Shown: positions 16,685 to 29,262, counted from the first letter of the stretch. The stretch: 32,000 nucleotides of DNA from Cupriavidus necator (GCF_016127575.1 NZ_CP066018.1:3630001-3662000); one strand, 5' to 3'. Notes: a model not told the origin generated them from the letters alone. Numbers and translations are program-made.

Positions 16685-17227
16685 CTACTTGCGTTGCGCT
16701 AGCAGCTTGCGGATGGTGTCCTCGGTTTCGGCGTAGCTGCCCTCGCCATAGTGTTTGTACACGATGCGGCCATTGGCATCGATCAGGTAGAGGGCGGGCC
16801 AGTACTGGTTGCTAAAGGCCGACCAGGTCGCATAGGCATTGTCCTGGGCGACCGGATAGCGGATATCGAAGCGCCTGATCGCCGCCTGCACGTTGGCGGT
16901 CGATTTCTCGAACGGGAATTCTGGCGTGTGGACGCCCACCACGACCAGGCCCTGATCCTTGTACTTGTCGTGCCACTGCTTCACGTATGGCAGCGTGTTG
17001 ATGCAGTTGCCGCAGGCATAGGTCCAGAAGTCGACCAGCACGACTTTACCGCGCAGGCCCTCCATGGACAGCGGCGGCGAGTTCAGCCACTGATGGATCC
17101 CCGTGAACTCGGGCGCGCGGCCCTGATCGCCAACGGTCGGGGCGAGGCCTCGCTGGCCGAAAACGGCAATGCCGACTGCCGCGATCAGCAGCCCTATCGG
17201 TACGAGGCGGTATAACTTCGTGCGCAT
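16685..17227 (-). CDS. TlpA/redoxin-like membrane-anchored thioredoxin (thiol:disulfide oxidoreductase)
   Basis: The start is taken at MRTKLYRLVPIGLLIAAVGIAVFG (TM anchor). The CxxC motif is WTYACGNC. It is similar to the thioredoxin domain of the adjacent DipZ. The 307-aa track ORF is a 5' over-extension. Confidence 0.85.
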   Translation of the reverse strand: MRTKLYRLVPIGLLIAAVGIAVFGQRGLAPTVGDQGRAPEFTGIHQWLNSPPLSMEGLRGKVVLVDFWTYACGNCINTLPYVKQWHDKYKDQGLVVVGVHTPEFPFEKSTANVQAAIRRFDIRYPVAQDNAYATWSAFSNQYWPALYLIDANGRIVYKHYGEGSYAETEDTIRKLLAQRK

Positions 17228-17357
17228 GATGCTGGCCCGTGCAGAATTGTGATGGAAGCGGATACCCCTGGGGGCCCGTCCGCCCTGGCCTCGGCCGGAG
17301 CGAGGGATCGGCGCGGTCAGCACCTTACGCGGCCCTGGCCACCCAGGTTGCATGGCG

Positions 17358-17651
17358 TCAGGCGTGGGCACCGTCCAGGTACGGGTCGACGCTGCGCGAC
17401 GGCTCTGCCGATACGCCGGTGCGATCCATGCCGGCCAGCGAACGCGCGCCGTCCGCGAACGGATCGACATAGCGGGCGCCGTCGCTGTACGGGCTGCGCG
17501 GCAACTGCACCGAGCGGGCGCCGTCGGTGTACGGGTCGCGCGCACCGAAGCCGGACGACGCGGCCTGCGCGCCAGCGGCGGCGGCCAGCAGGGCGATGGC
17601 GAAGACAAAACTCTTGGCAGTATTGACAGTATTTGCAGTGTTGGCAGTCAT
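17358..17651 (-). CDS. Small secreted repeat protein (four DP[YF]xDGA units)
   Basis: 97 aa from MTANTANTVNTAKSFVFAIALLAAAAGAQA (signal peptide). The repeats are DPYTDGAR, SPYSDGAR, DPFADGAR and DPYLDGA. There are no Cys residues. I cannot assign a family. Confidence 0.55.
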   Translation of the reverse strand: MTANTANTVNTAKSFVFAIALLAAAAGAQAASSGFGARDPYTDGARSVQLPRSPYSDGARYVDPFADGARSLAGMDRTGVSAEPSRSVDPYLDGAHA

Positions 17652-18083
17652 GATCAGCTCCCAGTAAATGGTCATCGGGGTTGCGGCCCACCGGGATTGC
17701 TTGCCTTGCATTTCGCCGCCGTGCCACGGATTGCATTGAAGGCGACCGATGTATCTGGCCCTTAGCGGGTGGACGGCACTTTTGTCGCCGGACGTGTCGG
17801 AAGGTCGTCTTGATACAAAGGCGTACAAAGTCGGTACGTCGCCCGGACCGTCCCGCGCAGCGAGAGCGGGCCAATACGACGCGCGACGCTCTCGAAGTTC
17901 TGCAAAGACCGGGCGGGCCGCTTTTGCCCGGCCCGGTGCGTGCCGCGGCAGGCTTTTGTATGGCAATGTATCTGGCGGCACAGGCTTGACAATCCGGTAC
18001 ACAGGCGCCGATCCACGACACAATCCGGCTACGCGGACGGTGTCTGATACGGGGAAGCCAAGCCCTGTGAGAAAACACTGATC

Positions 18084-19874
18084 ATGAGCCTGCTGATACT
18101 CGCCTACCTCGGAGGGATACTGACCATCCTGAGCCCCTGCATCCTGCCGGTCCTGCCTTTTGTGCTAAGCCGCACCGGCCAGCCGTTCCTGCGCGGCAAG
18201 CTGCCGATGCTGGCCGGCATGGCGCTGACTTTTGCCGCCGTCGCCACGCTGGCGTCGGCCGGCGGCGCCTGGGCTGTGCAGGCCAACGCCTACGGGCGCC
18301 TGGCCGCCCTGGCGCTGCTGGCACTGTTCGGGCTCTCCCTGCTCCTGCCACAGGTGGCGGATACGCTGGCGCGGCCCCTGGTGGCGCTTGGCAACCGCCT
18401 GACCGGCAACCCTGCCGCCTCGACCCAGGCAGCGTCACCTTCGCCATGGGGATCGCTGCTGCTCGGCATCGCCACCGGGATGCTATGGGCACCCTGCGCG
18501 GGGCCGATCCTCGGCATAGTGCTGACTGCTGCGGCGCTGCAGGGCGCGAGCGTCTCGACCTCCCTGGCGCTCGCCGCCTATGCCGCGGGCGCAGCGACCT
18601 CGCTGGCGGCCGCGCTCGGCATCGGCGCACACATGTTTGCAGCCATGAAGCGGTCGATGGGTGCCAGTGAATGGGTGCGCCGGGGGCTGGGCGCCGGCGT
18701 GCTTGGCGGCGTGCTTGCCATCGGGCTGGGCGCCGACACCGGCCTGCTGGCCCGCCTGTCCGCGAGCGGGCCGGTGCGGATCGAGCAGGCGCTGGTCGAC
18801 GTGCTGCACAAGGCGCGCCCTGCGCCCCAGGCCGCGCATGCGGCGGCACAGCCCGGCACCGGCATGCTGCTGGCCGCGAATGACATGCCGGTGGCCATGC
18901 CGGACCGCCTGCCGGTGGAGGGCCGCATGCCGGCACTCGATGGCGCCGTGCAATGGATCAACTCGGCACCGCTCACGCGCGATCACCTGCGGGGCAAAGT
19001 CACGCTGGTCTACTTCTGGACATACTCCTGCATCAACTGCATCCGCACCCTGCCCTATTTGCGCGCGTGGGCGGACAAGTACAAGGAGCAGGGCCTGACG
19101 GTGATCGGCGTGCACACGCCCGAGTTCGCTTTCGAGAAGTCACCGGACAACGTGCAGCGCGCAGTCGCGAACTTCCGCATCGGCTTCCCGGTAGCCGTCG
19201 ACAGCAACTACCGCATCTGGCGCGCCTTCCAGAACAGCTACTGGCCCGCTGCTTATTTTGTCGATGCCCACGGCAATATCCGCCACCACCAGTTCGGCGA
19301 AGGTGACTACGCCAACTCGGAACGCGTGATCCAGGCGCTGCTGGCGGAAGCCGGCCGTCCGTCCACGGCGCGCGATGTCGTCGCCCCGCTTGCGGAAGGC
19401 GCTCAGGCGGCACCGGACCTGTCCAACCTCCGCTCCGGCGAAACCTACCTCGGCTATCTGCAGGCGGCCAACTTCGCCTCGCCGGGCGGCATGCGGCAGG
19501 ATGCTCCACAGCGGTACAGCGTCGGCAAGCTCCGGCTCAATCAGTGGGGCCTGGCCGGTCAATGGACCGTAGGCGCCGAGCGGGCTGCCCTCGACAAGGC
19601 CGATGGCAGCATCGTCCATCGTTTCCATGCACGCGACCTGCACCTGGTACTGGGCCCGGCGCCCGACGGCCGGGCGGTGCGCTTCCTGGTGACGATCGAC
19701 GGCAAGCCCCCTGGCGACAGCCATGGCGCCGACATCGATGCCGCCGGCAACGGTGCGGTCACGCAGACGCGGCTCTATCAGCTGGTGCGCCAGGCGGGCA
19801 AGGTGGGCGAGCACACCTTCGAGATCCGCTTCCTGGATCCCGGTGCGCAGGCCTATGCCTTCACCTTCGGCTGA
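18084..19874 (+). CDS. dipZ: Cytochrome c biogenesis protein DipZ (CcdA/DsbD-type membrane domain fused to thioredoxin and a C-terminal domain)
   Basis: 596 aa. The N-terminus MSLLILAYLGGILTILSPCILPVLPFV carries conserved Cys in the TM helices. The thioredoxin domain contains WTYSCINC, and a ~200-aa C-terminal domain follows. Confidence 0.85.
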   Translation: MSLLILAYLGGILTILSPCILPVLPFVLSRTGQPFLRGKLPMLAGMALTFAAVATLASAGGAWAVQANAYGRLAALALLALFGLSLLLPQVADTLARPLVALGNRLTGNPAASTQAASPSPWGSLLLGIATGMLWAPCAGPILGIVLTAAALQGASVSTSLALAAYAAGAATSLAAALGIGAHMFAAMKRSMGASEWVRRGLGAGVLGGVLAIGLGADTGLLARLSASGPVRIEQALVDVLHKARPAPQAAHAAAQPGTGMLLAANDMPVAMPDRLPVEGRMPALDGAVQWINSAPLTRDHLRGKVTLVYFWTYSCINCIRTLPYLRAWADKYKEQGLTVIGVHTPEFAFEKSPDNVQRAVANFRIGFPVAVDSNYRIWRAFQNSYWPAAYFVDAHGNIRHHQFGEGDYANSERVIQALLAEAGRPSTARDVVAPLAEGAQAAPDLSNLRSGETYLGYLQAANFASPGGMRQDAPQRYSVGKLRLNQWGLAGQWTVGAERAALDKADGSIVHRFHARDLHLVLGPAPDGRAVRFLVTIDGKPPGDSHGADIDAAGNGAVTQTRLYQLVRQAGKVGEHTFEIRFLDPGAQAYAFTFG

Positions 19875-19911
19875 CGCCGGTTTCCATCCACGCATTCCAC
19901 TTATCGCTGGT

Positions 19912-20794
19912 GCGCAGCTGTTCATCCACCTTGATATTGCCGCGCTCGTCGGTTTCGACGCCTGCCTTGTCGAGTCCCAGGTCTTCCGTGTTGGGCACTT
20001 TCCCCACGCCAGCAGCAGGTGCGAGCCGTGCACATCGCGCGATCCCGTTGCGCAATCGAGCCCGACGGCGATGCCCTCCCCGGCCCGGCGCGCGGTCAGG
20101 CAGTTGGCATCGAGGCGGATTCCCCCCCCCTCGCGCTCCAGGATCTCCCGCAGACACGTCTTCGTCTTCGCGCTGGATCAGGCGCGGGCCATTTTTCCAC
20201 CACGGTGACCCTTGCGCCAAAGCGCCGGTACATCTGGGCAAACTCCAGGCCGATGTAGCTGCCGCCAATGATGACCAGATGCTCCGGCAGGTAGTCCACG
20301 TCCATCATGCCCGAATTGGTCAGGTACGCCACCGTGTCGAGCCCGGGCATCGGCGGAACGAGGGCCCGGGCGCCGACGTTAATAAAGATGCGATCGGCTT
20401 GCAGTAGTTCGCCATTGACGCGCACACCGTGCGCGCTTTCCAAGCGGGCGTGCCACTGGTAGACCGTGCCGTTGGCCAGGCCGCGCATCCACTGTTCCAC
20501 GCCGCTGGCGGAGCGCCCGGCGATGTCGTCCTTGCGCGCCTTCACCTGCCTCATGTCGACAGCGACCGGCCCGCCAATCGTCACGCCATAGTCGCCCGCC
20601 CGCCGCGCAAGATGGGCCGCATACGCGCTCGCGATCAGGGTCTTGGTAGGAATGCGGCCGGTGTTCACGCAAGTGCCGCCAAAATGCGCGCGCTCGATGA
20701 CTGCCACTTTCATGCCGGAGCCGGACAGCCGCGCGGCAAGCGCGGGGCCGGCTTGTCCGGTGCCGATGATGATCGCGTCGAATCCCTGGGCCAT
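19912..20794 (-). pseudogene. Pyridine nucleotide-disulfide oxidoreductase (mercuric reductase / dihydrolipoamide dehydrogenase-like), frameshifted and 3'-truncated
   Basis: The N-terminus is MAQGFDAIIIGTGQAGPALAARLSGSGMKVAVIERAHFGGTCVNTGRIPTK. Homology then hops between frames (GPRLIQREDEDVSA / EILEREG..IRLDANCLTARRAGEGIAVGLDC / VGKVPNTEDLGLDKAGVETDERGNIKVDEQLRTS). A C9 homopolymer lies at 20122-20130. The dimerisation half is absent, and the gene abuts the dipZ 3' end. Confidence 0.8.
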
Positions 20795-21031
20795 CGCGCT
20801 CTCCCTGGCTTGTGCCATGCCCGCTGCACTCACCACGCGCAGCGGCGCATTCGCGCTGGGGATCGGGCAGCAATCGTACCTGGCTCACGCCCAAGCATAG
20901 ACAACCGCGTGGGATTTCGCGATGTCACAGAACAGCGTCAATTTTCACGGGCTTTCCCGGCCTGTCCTGCATTTCACCATCAGGCCGCGCGAGGATGAGC
21001 CGGCCAAGCGCCCTGAGCGAGGCTTGTCCCC

Positions 21032-22333
21032 TCAGCCAAGCCTGAGCTGCGCCTCCAGCCCACCGCCCTCCCGGTTGTGCAGCGTCAGCGAACCGCCGAT
21101 CGCCAGCGCCAGCTGGTGCGCGATGGCCAGGCCCAGGCCCGTGCCGCCGGTCTCACGGTTGCGCGACGCTTCGAGCCGGACAAACGGCTGTATCACGGAT
21201 TCGAGCTTCTCTGCCGGGATGCCGGGCCCGCGATCAAGCACGCCGATCACCACCGCGGCGCCGTCGCGGCGCACTCTCAGTTCCGCCGCCCCGCCGAACT
21301 TGATGGCGTTGTCAGTCAGGTTGGTCAGGATGCGGCGCAGAGCGTGCGGGCGCGTCAGGATGGCGCCGCCGGTATTCTGCCGGATAGTGACGGCCTTGCC
21401 GGTGTCCTGGTAATCGTAGACCAGGCTCTCGACGAAGGACCCGATATCGATCCGCGATGCCTTTTCGCCGTCGCCATGCATGGCGCGCGCATAGGTCAGC
21501 CCCTCCTTGACCAGCGTCTCGATCTCGGCAAGGTCGTGCACCAGCTTGCGCTTGTCTTCGGAATCCTCCGCCATCTCGGCGCGCAGCTTCATGCGCGTGA
21601 TCGGCGTCTGCAGGTCGTGCGAGATTGCCGCCAGGATCTGCACGCGCTCCTCGACAAAGCGTGCAATGCGCTCGCGCATGGCGTTGAACGCGCGCGCGGC
21701 ACGCACCAGTTCAGTCGGACCGGTCTCGGCCAGCGGCTCGCTCGCGGCGTTCGGGTCGAGCGCGTCGGCGGCATTGGCCAGCGCCACCACCGGGCGCAGC
21801 GACAGCCGTACCGCCAGCCAGCAGCACAGCACCAGCAGCAACAGCTGCAGCACCAGCACATAGGGCAGCCATTGCGCGATCGCGGGCGGCTTCGGATGCA
21901 CGTCGATGGTCAGCGGGCTGCCATCGCTGAGGGTGAGGTGCGCCTGCAAGCGTTTGCCCTGCCCCGGGATCGATTCGACCCTGACGGGGAAGCGGCCGCC
22001 GCTCGCTTCGGTAATGCGGTCGGCGATCTCCTGGGCCTGCGCGCTCATCTCCGGCACGCCCGGCAGGCCCGGCCCGAGCACATACTGGTAGTTGCCGCGG
22101 TTGACATGCCGCAGCCACTGCGGCCGCTCCGCCGCCGGCACGCGGTCGAGAATCGCGATCGACGTTGATACGTCGGTTTCCAGCGTGCCGAGCATAACCT
22201 GGCGCGCGGTGATGTAGCGCTCCGCAAACAGCACGCCGAACGACAGGCCATGGGCCACCACGAGCCCGGCCAGCAGGATCAGGAATAGCCGCGCGCCCAG
22301 CGTGCGGGGCCACGGCAAGGCCCGGAGGTTCAC
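21032..22333 (-). CDS. Sensor histidine kinase (EnvZ-like: 2 TM, HAMP, HisKA, HATPase_c)
   Basis: 433 aa with an H-box ISHDLQTPITRM and G-boxes DRGPGIP and GGTGLGLAIA. The GTG start overlaps the response-regulator stop (GTGA at 22330-22333). Confidence 0.9.
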   Translation of the reverse strand: MNLRALPWPRTLGARLFLILLAGLVVAHGLSFGVLFAERYITARQVMLGTLETDVSTSIAILDRVPAAERPQWLRHVNRGNYQYVLGPGLPGVPEMSAQAQEIADRITEASGGRFPVRVESIPGQGKRLQAHLTLSDGSPLTIDVHPKPPAIAQWLPYVLVLQLLLLVLCCWLAVRLSLRPVVALANAADALDPNAASEPLAETGPTELVRAARAFNAMRERIARFVEERVQILAAISHDLQTPITRMKLRAEMAEDSEDKRKLVHDLAEIETLVKEGLTYARAMHGDGEKASRIDIGSFVESLVYDYQDTGKAVTIRQNTGGAILTRPHALRRILTNLTDNAIKFGGAAELRVRRDGAAVVIGVLDRGPGIPAEKLESVIQPFVRLEASRNRETGGTGLGLAIAHQLALAIGGSLTLHNREGGGLEAQLRLG

Positions 22334-22944
22334 TGCTGCGCCTCCCGGATCGCTACCGGCATCGAGAACACGTAGCCCTCGCTGCGCACGGTCTTGATGT
22401 AGCGGGGCTCGCGCGCATCGTCCTTGAGATGCTGGCGCAACCGGCTGACCAGCAGGTCGACCGATCGCTCGAACATTTCCGCTTCGCGGCCCTGCGTGAG
22501 GCTGAGCAGCTGGTCACGGTTGAGCACGCGCTGCGGATGGTCGACAAACACGCGCAGCAAGCGGTATTCCGCGCCACTCAGCGCGACGATGATGTGGGCC
22601 AGTAGCTCGCGCGCGGCGAAAGGCTTGGGGAGATAGTCGTCGGCACCCATTTCAAGGCCGAGGATGCGATCGGTCTCGTCGCTGCGCGCGGTCAGCATCA
22701 GGACCGGGGTGGTCTTGTGCTTGCCGGCCCGCAGTTCACGGCACAGCATCAGGCCATCATCGCCCGGCATCATCACGTCCAGCACGATCAGGTCGACGGC
22801 ATTGGCCTCCAGGATCGCGCACATTTGCCTGCCATCCTGCGCAACGGTCACGCGCAGCCCATTCTTGGCCAGATAGGTCGATACCAGCTCCCGGATTTCC
22901 CGGTCGTCATCGACAACCAAGATATGGTCGACGTGTGCATCCAT
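22330..22944 (-). CDS. OmpR-family response regulator with an apparent ~40-aa in-frame internal deletion
   Basis: The start is taken at MDAHVDHILVVDDDREIRELV, giving 204 aa. The receiver domain is complete (DD...D...T...KPF). After ARELLAHI the sequence jumps to IVALSGAEYRLLRVFVDHP, so the linker and the first beta-strands of the wHTH domain present in E. coli OmpR are missing. Confidence 0.75.
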   Translation of the reverse strand: MDAHVDHILVVDDDREIRELVSTYLAKNGLRVTVAQDGRQMCAILEANAVDLIVLDVMMPGDDGLMLCRELRAGKHKTTPVLMLTARSDETDRILGLEMGADDYLPKPFAARELLAHIIVALSGAEYRLLRVFVDHPQRVLNRDQLLSLTQGREAEMFERSVDLLVSRLRQHLKDDAREPRYIKTVRSEGYVFSMPVAIREAQQ

Positions 22945-23273
22945 CTCTATCCCCTCGGAAAAGTACGGTGAACCGCCAGTCTGCGTCGACGCCATTGTAT
23001 GAGTGCCGGCGATTCTCCGTGTATCGCACTGTATCCGGTACAGCAAACGCCACAGTCCGATACATATTTATTTACTCACGGGACACCGCCATCGTCGGTG
23101 GATACCGCGCGCGGGTCATGTGGACCCCTTCCTTCCCGTGAAAGCACCCTCGGCGGTGGTGGCAGGAAAGGTGGTATCTATGACATTGGCGCCATGACCT
23201 TGCGCACCTAATCTTGAACTCACGCAGCCGGCCAGCCGGTGAGACTTCCCTCCAGAGAACCAGGAGCTTTGAC

Positions 23274-24072
23274 ATGACGACTGACATCCACGCCGGCACC
23301 GCCCTCATCACCGGCGCATCTTCCGGCATCGGCGCCATTTATGCAGACCGCCTCGCCCGCCGCGGCCACGACCCTGGTGGCACGCAACCGATCCCGGCTC
23401 GAGGCGCTGGCCCGCCGGATCGCCGACGACACTGGCCGCTCGGTCGAGATCGTGACCGCTGACCTGGGCCAGCCTGCCGATGTCCGGCGCATCGAAGACC
23501 TGCTGCGCACCGATGCCAGCATCACTACGCTGGTCAACAATGCCGGCATTGGCGCCGCGGCACCGTTGCTGGTGTCGGATGTCGACAAGATGCAGGCGAT
23601 GATCGAGCTCAACGTCACGGCTCTGACTCGCCTGACCTATGCCGCTGCGCCGGCATTCGTGGCGCGCGGCGAAGGCGCCATCATCAATATCGCGTCGGTC
23701 GTCGCGGTGGCGCCCGAGATCCTGAATGGCGCCTATGGCGGCTCCAAGGCGTTCGTGCTGGCCTTTACCCAGTCGTTGCAGCATGAGCTCGCCGGCAAGG
23801 GGGTACGCGTGCAGGCCGTGCTTCCCGGCGCGACGCGGACCGAGTTCTGGGACATTGCGGGCCAGCCGGTCGAGAACCTGCCGCAAGGCATCGTGATGAG
23901 CGGCGACGACCTGGTCGATGCCGCGCTGGCCGGGCTCGACCTGGGTGAAGTGATTACCGTGCCATCGTTGCCTGACGAAGCCGACTGGAAAGCGTTCGAG
24001 GCTGCACGTGCCGCGCTCGGCCCCAGCCTGTCGCGCGACCAGCCCGCGGCCCGGTACGGCGTTGCGCGGTAG
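23274..24072 (+). pseudogene. Short-chain dehydrogenase/reductase (SDR), frameshifted near the 5' end
   Basis: MTTDIHAGTALITGASSGIGAIYADRLARRGHD is in one frame. (T)LVARNRSRLEALARRIADD...NNAGIG...YGGSKAF is in the next frame. The shift lies at ~23370-23376. Confidence 0.8.
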
Positions 24073-24130
24073 TTCCCAGGTAACCTGAACGGTCCGCGCA
24101 TGGCCTAATGCCGTTCAGCGAACCACCGTC

Positions 24131-24150
24131 GTTCCCGCGTAGGCGGGAAC
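24131..24150. terminator. GC-rich hairpin GTTCCCGC-GTAG-GCGGGAAC between convergent pseudogenes (terminator or REP-like unit)
   Basis: A perfect 8-bp stem. Further short hairpins lie at ~24162-24174 and ~24205-24215. The sequence resembles the ATTCCC-N8-GGGAAT type repeats of betaproteobacteria, but only one copy is in the window. Confidence 0.3.
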
Positions 24151-24352
24151 CCAGTGACTTCATCCCCGAAGGGGACGTGAAAGACGCTGGATTGCTCGCT
24201 ACGTTCGCCCTTCGGGCAGTCCCTTGGACGTCCAATGCGCTGTGCGCATTGTCCCGCCTTCGCGGTAATGACCGTGGTGGTTGATACCTTTACTGAACGG
24301 TATTTCCGCGCATGGCCGGCATTTTCCGCCAGTACGTCGCGGAATACGACGG

Positions 24353-25305
24353 CTACGCGACCTGCAACGCATCGCCGCGCGCCATGCGCCGGATTGCCTG
24401 CGGCGGCTGTCCCGAATGCCCGCAGGAATGCCCGCCGCATGCGCTCGCGGTCGCCGAAGCCGGTATCCCGCGCGACCACGTCAATGGCGTGGCGGCCGCT
24501 TTCCATCATCAGCCGGGCCGCTTCCACGCGCAGGTGCTCCACGGCCTTGGCCGGGGTCTGCCCGGTCTCATCCCGGAATGCGCGGGCAAACTGGCGCGGG
24601 CTCAGGTGCGCCGCTTAGGCAAGTTGATCCACCGAGAGCTCCCGCTGCAGGTTCTGCCGCGCAAAGTCCAGCGCGGCACGGATGCGGTCAGAGCGCGGTT
24701 CCAGGTCCAGCAGCGCCGAGAACTGCGACTGCCCGCCGGGCCCGGCGGTGATACACGACGAGCTTCCTGACGACATCGCGCGCAACGGCGCCCCCGGCAT
24801 CTTTCTCCACAAGCGCCAGCGCTAGGTCGATGCAGGCCGACATGCCGGCCGAGGTCCAGACCGGGCCGTCGATGATGAAGATGCGGTCTTCCTCCACCCC
24901 GACTTCCGGGAAGCGCCGGCGCAACTGCTCCGCGTAGTACCAGTGCGTAGTGGCGCGGCGGCCGTCCAGCAGCCCAGCCTCCGCCAGGTTGAAGGCGCCG
25001 GTGCAGGTGGCGCCAATGCGCCGCGAGGTCCGCGCAGCGCGCCGCAGGAATATCACCAGTGCGGGCGGCGCGGGCAGGACGTCGTTATCTCCCACTACCA
25101 GCACCGTATCGAAGCGGCGCCTGCCGAACGGCTCGGTGCTGACCGAAAAACCCCCCTGAACTCGGCACCAACCCGCCATGTTCGGACAGAGGTGAACCTC
25201 GTACATCGGCTGTGCGAGCGAGCGGTTGGCAAATTCCAGCACCGTCGAGACCGCCAGGTTCAATGCCTGGAAGCCTGGATACAGGGCTAGGGCTACGTGG
25301 CGCAT
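24353..25305 (-). pseudogene. GlxA-family (DJ-1/PfpI + AraC HTH) transcriptional regulator, disrupted
   Basis: The N-terminal domain MRHVALALYPGFQALNL... is intact up to LVVYHRRA. A frameshift lies at ~24735-24748, before GGQSQFSALLDLEPRSDRI. An in-frame TAA at 24615-24617 interrupts SVDQLA-stop-AAHLSPRQFARAF. A further frameshift at ~24415 precedes GQPPQAIRRMARGDALQVA-stop. Confidence 0.8.
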
Positions 25306-25350
25306 AGCGAACTCCATGGAGCGGTCGGAGAGTGTCCGTCCGTGACACGC

Positions 25351-26310
25351 TTACGCCATCAGCTTCTCCTTCGTGATGGGGAGATCCCGAATCCTCTTGC
25401 CGGTGGCGTGGTATACCGCATTGGCGACAGCGGCGGCAAGGCCGGTAATCCCGATCTCCCCAATGCCGCACGCGCCGAATTCATTGAATTCGAGGTCGGG
25501 ATGGTTGAGCAGGATCACGTCGATCCCCGGCTGGTCTGCATGGACCGGAACGGCATACTCAGCATAGTTGTTGTTGCCCGGCATGCCGTCGCGTCCGTCA
25601 TACTCGGTGGCTTCGAACAAAGCCATGCCGACGCCCATCACGATCGCGCCTTCCACCTGGTTGCGCGCAGTGACCGGGTTGATGACCCGCCCCACATCGA
25701 TCGCGCTCACGACCCTGGCGACGCGCAACCGTGAAATGCCGGGATCCCAGCGCACCTCAACGAAGTGGGCGCCGAAAGACGTGCAGGACAGCTTGTCGGT
25801 CGGTGTGCCGCCGGTCCGGGCAAAGCCCTCCGCGCTGGCAAAACGCTGAGCATTGAGGATCGAGGCATGATCGACGGCGCGCTTGCCGTCGGTCAGGCGG
25901 CCATTCTGCGTCGCGAACGTGCGCAGCTGACCGATCGCGTTGCGCGTGGCCTCGGCAACGGCCGGGAGCACGCTGGCCGTCGCCCACGAACCGCCGGCTA
26001 CCGGAGCCGCCGGAAACGCCGAATCGCCCAGCCTGACATCGATCTTTTCAAATGGCAGCTCGGTCAGTTCGCTGACCGTTTGCGCAACGATGGTGTACAT
26101 GCCCGTGCCGATGTCCTGGATTGCGCAGATCACCGCGGCGGTGCCATCGCTGCGCAGGAGGACACGAGCCTCGGCTGGCGAGCGCCAGGCGTCCCAGTTG
26201 CACACCGCCATGCCGTAGCCGACGATCTCGGTGCCGGCCGTCATCGAACCCGGCCTCGGATCGCGCCGGTCCCAGCCGAACTTGCGGCTGCCCTGCCCGA
26301 TGGCCCATCG
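25351..26310 (-). pseudogene. Molybdopterin-binding subunit of a xanthine dehydrogenase/aldehyde oxidase-family hydroxylase, C-terminal fragment only
   Basis: Homology covers ...VGYGMAVCNW...DIGTGMYTIVAQTVSELTELPFEKIDVRLGDS...INPVTARNQVEGAIVMGVGMALFE...GIGEIGITGLAAAVANAVYHATGKRIRDLPIT. About 400 N-terminal residues are absent. Homology starts at the aceE stop codon. Confidence 0.8.
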
Positions 26311-26311
26311 T

Positions 26312-29008
<2,697 letters not shown>

Positions 29009-29048
29009 GGCAAGTCTCCGTTAAGGAATTCGGTGAAAACCAGCATAG

Positions 29049-29083
29049 GCGATAACTACGACTTTACAAGTCTTAGTTATCGC
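29049..29083 (-). promoter_or_regulatory. Palindromic box E (13-9-13, 1 mismatch) upstream of aceE
   Basis: GCGATAACTACGA-CTTTACAAG-TCTTAGTTATCGC, lying 41-75 nt upstream of the aceE GTG. The promoter hexamers are less canonical than at boxes B, C1 and D. Confidence 0.65.
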
Positions 29084-29217
29084 GGAGACTTCAGGGCAAA
29101 CCATGGGCTGTTCATGTCTGGCACTTGACGGGAAACAGAGCTGCAAGATCTTTTCCCGATGCTTGTCTCGGCGCAGTCCATGTGCTCGCTTGCACTTCGA
29201 TGGACGATCGACTATCG

Positions 29218-29244
29218 TTACTACGACTATAATGATCGTAGTTA
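29218..29244 (+). promoter_or_regulatory. Palindromic box F (TTACTACGA-CTATAATGA-TCGTAGTTA) upstream of the cupin operon
   Basis: The core arms are 7 bp perfect. A perfect TATAAT (29228-29233) sits inside the 9-nt spacer. A GGAG RBS (29253-29256) and the ATG at 29263 follow. Confidence 0.7.
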
Positions 29245-29262
29245 AAGCAACCGGAGTTCACT

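Noticed and set aside
17228-17608. 5' extension of the thioredoxin-like ORF (the track gives 307 aa)
   Set aside because: The extension is Arg/Pro/Ala-rich and overlaps the small repeat-protein gene in another frame. A TM anchor follows the internal Met at 17227.
24105-24352. 3' extension of the GlxA-frame ORF (24105-24542), and the cluster of short GC hairpins as a repeat family
   Set aside because: The extension arises only because a frameshift removes the natural stop at 24353-24355. Only one copy of the hairpin cluster is visible in the window, so a REP-type family cannot be supported. They may simply be terminators between convergent genes.
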